64,000 nt of DNA, taken from a bacterium (GTDB lineage Bacteria > Zhuqueibacterota > Zhuqueibacteria > Residuimicrobiales > Krinioviventaceae). Positions 62,956 to 64,000 of the stretch are shown in pieces. Position numbers and translations under genes: made by a program. The stretch's first letter is position 1, and each line of letters starts with the position of its first letter. Under the pieces are notes generated by a model. That model saw nothing but the letters and a program-made list of their open reading frames with translations. It had not been told where the DNA came from and searched no databases. The stretch spans positions 2,112,001 through 2,176,000 of the forward strand of contig OY843751.1 of the NCBI GenBank assembly GCA_963693055.1, in the 5' to 3' direction.

Positions 62956-63771
62956 ATGAAGACTAAGCCTTTAAATCGTTATGAATCAATAGCTAAGCGT
63001 AGCTTTCAAAATGCTATTATTCGCTTACTGGAAGAAAATTATAAAATGTTAGGAAGCCATAAAGTCATCCGAATAATCGCAGAAGATATTGTCGCATTGC
63101 AAAATGAATTTTATCCGGAGCTGGAAAAGAAAAGTTTTGGTCAGATTATCTGGCGAACGACCAAAGCGACAAATCGAAAACCAAGCTATGGCACAAAAGC
63201 GGAAGATTATGAAGTTCAGACAGTTGTACTGCCATTGGTTACAGATGAAGACATTGACAATCGAATCAAGAGTCATTATTCTTATCGAGACAAAGATGGC
63301 AGAGCTGATTATGAGAAGCAGGTTGATCGGGATATTAAGGTAATGGCGCGGTTGTGCAAGAGTGCGGCGGAACAGGGTGGTTGGTTGACAGGCGCAGAAC
63401 TCAGTGTACTGTTAAATCGTTCATTAAACGCTATTGGTCGGTATATGACAATTTACCATGAAACACATGATGATATATTACCGACCAAAGGAATGATGCT
63501 GGATCAGGGCAGTAAGCCGACACATAAAGCCGCAATTATAGATTTATACGAGCAGGGCTATCCCGAACCGGATATCGCCCGGATCACAAATCACACAATT
63601 GAATCGACGAGTCGTTATCTCAAGACTTACAAGAACGTAAAGTTATTATTGGAAAAAGGTTTTAATTTAATGGAAATGGTAAGGATAACCGGATTAGGAA
63701 AAAAGACAATAACACAATATCGTGATCTGGTTTATCTTTATCATTCAGATTTAAAACAAAAGAAAACTTGA
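62956..63771 (+). CDS. DUF1670-like protein B (paralog of A)
   Basis: AAEQGGWLTGAELSVLL...PTKG..DQG..THK..I..LY..G...HT..STSRY; RBS AGGAGG. Confidence 0.8.
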   Translation: MKTKPLNRYESIAKRSFQNAIIRLLEENYKMLGSHKVIRIIAEDIVALQNEFYPELEKKSFGQIIWRTTKATNRKPSYGTKAEDYEVQTVVLPLVTDEDIDNRIKSHYSYRDKDGRADYEKQVDRDIKVMARLCKSAAEQGGWLTGAELSVLLNRSLNAIGRYMTIYHETHDDILPTKGMMLDQGSKPTHKAAIIDLYEQGYPEPDIARITNHTIESTSRYLKTYKNVKLLLEKGFNLMEMVRITGLGKKTITQYRDLVYLYHSDLKQKKT

Positions 63772-63808
63772 AAATTTGAAAAGGAATTTATAGGTTAGGT
63801 TGTCACAA

Positions 63809-63857
63809 TTTTTAGCTAACTCCAGTCGCCCTACGGGCTCCTTCCGTTAGCTAAAAA
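63809..63857. repeat. Hairpin motif, copy 2 (inside DUF1670 element right end)
   Basis: Stem TTTTTAGCTAAC/GTTAGCTAAAAA around TCCAGTCGCCCTACGGGCTCCTTCC. Confidence 0.85.
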
Positions 63858-63965
63858 AATGATTCAATCTTCTAATCTTAAAAAACAACCTACCGGAAAT
63901 ATTTCCTAAACGTAAATAGTGTTGTAACAATTAACAACTTTTAAAAAGGATAACGCTTTCATATA

Positions 63966-64000
63966 AATCAATAACTTCCCACCGTGGAAAGTTATTGATT
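63966..64000. terminator. Hairpin, possibly the displaced terminator of the serine hydrolase gene
   Basis: AATCAATAACTT...AAGTTATTGATT at the window edge. Confidence 0.5.

Larger units (their letters stand above)
62034..63906 (+). mobile_element. Putative insertion element encoding two DUF1670-like proteins
   Basis: 20-bp TIRs GGAAAATTTTCCGGTAGGTT and rc GGAAATATTTCCGGTAGGTT; TAA on both flanks; visibly higher GC than flanks. Confidence 0.85.
45604..64000. mobile_element. tRNA-adjacent accessory/defence island (right end not in window)
   Basis: Abrupt switch after the tRNA to IS, R-M, HerA and AT-rich genes; heterogeneous base composition; no integrase seen. Confidence 0.65.

Overview
Bacterial chromosomal window, probably from an FCB-superphylum lineage outside Bacteroidetes such as KSB1, Calditrichota or Marinimicrobia. 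This is inferred from AGGAG-type RBSs, a YPNPFNP sorting-type C-terminal domain and a TonB receptor. Bases 1-45.5 kb are mostly core genes: a hemerythrin/LuxR/TonB-receptor module, a complete hypABFCDE hydrogenase-maturation operon, a large ctaB-actABCDEF-sco-coxBACD-ctaA operon (alternative complex III plus A2-type caa3 oxidase), an Omp85 + exported kinase-like pair, and an IS3 upstream of a catabolic operon. After a tRNA(CAT) at 45531 an accessory island runs to the window end. It holds a broken IS4, a type I R-M system carrying a DUF4297-like nuclease-HerA defence cassette, and AT-rich cargo genes. The most notable element is about 1.87 kb (62034-63906), with 20-bp terminal inverted repeats and flanking TAA repeats. 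It encodes only two paralogous DUF1670-like proteins and no recognisable transposase, although their C-termini resemble tyrosine-recombinase box II. It shares a covarying hairpin motif and an A9/+1-frame ORF junction with the unrelated IS3.
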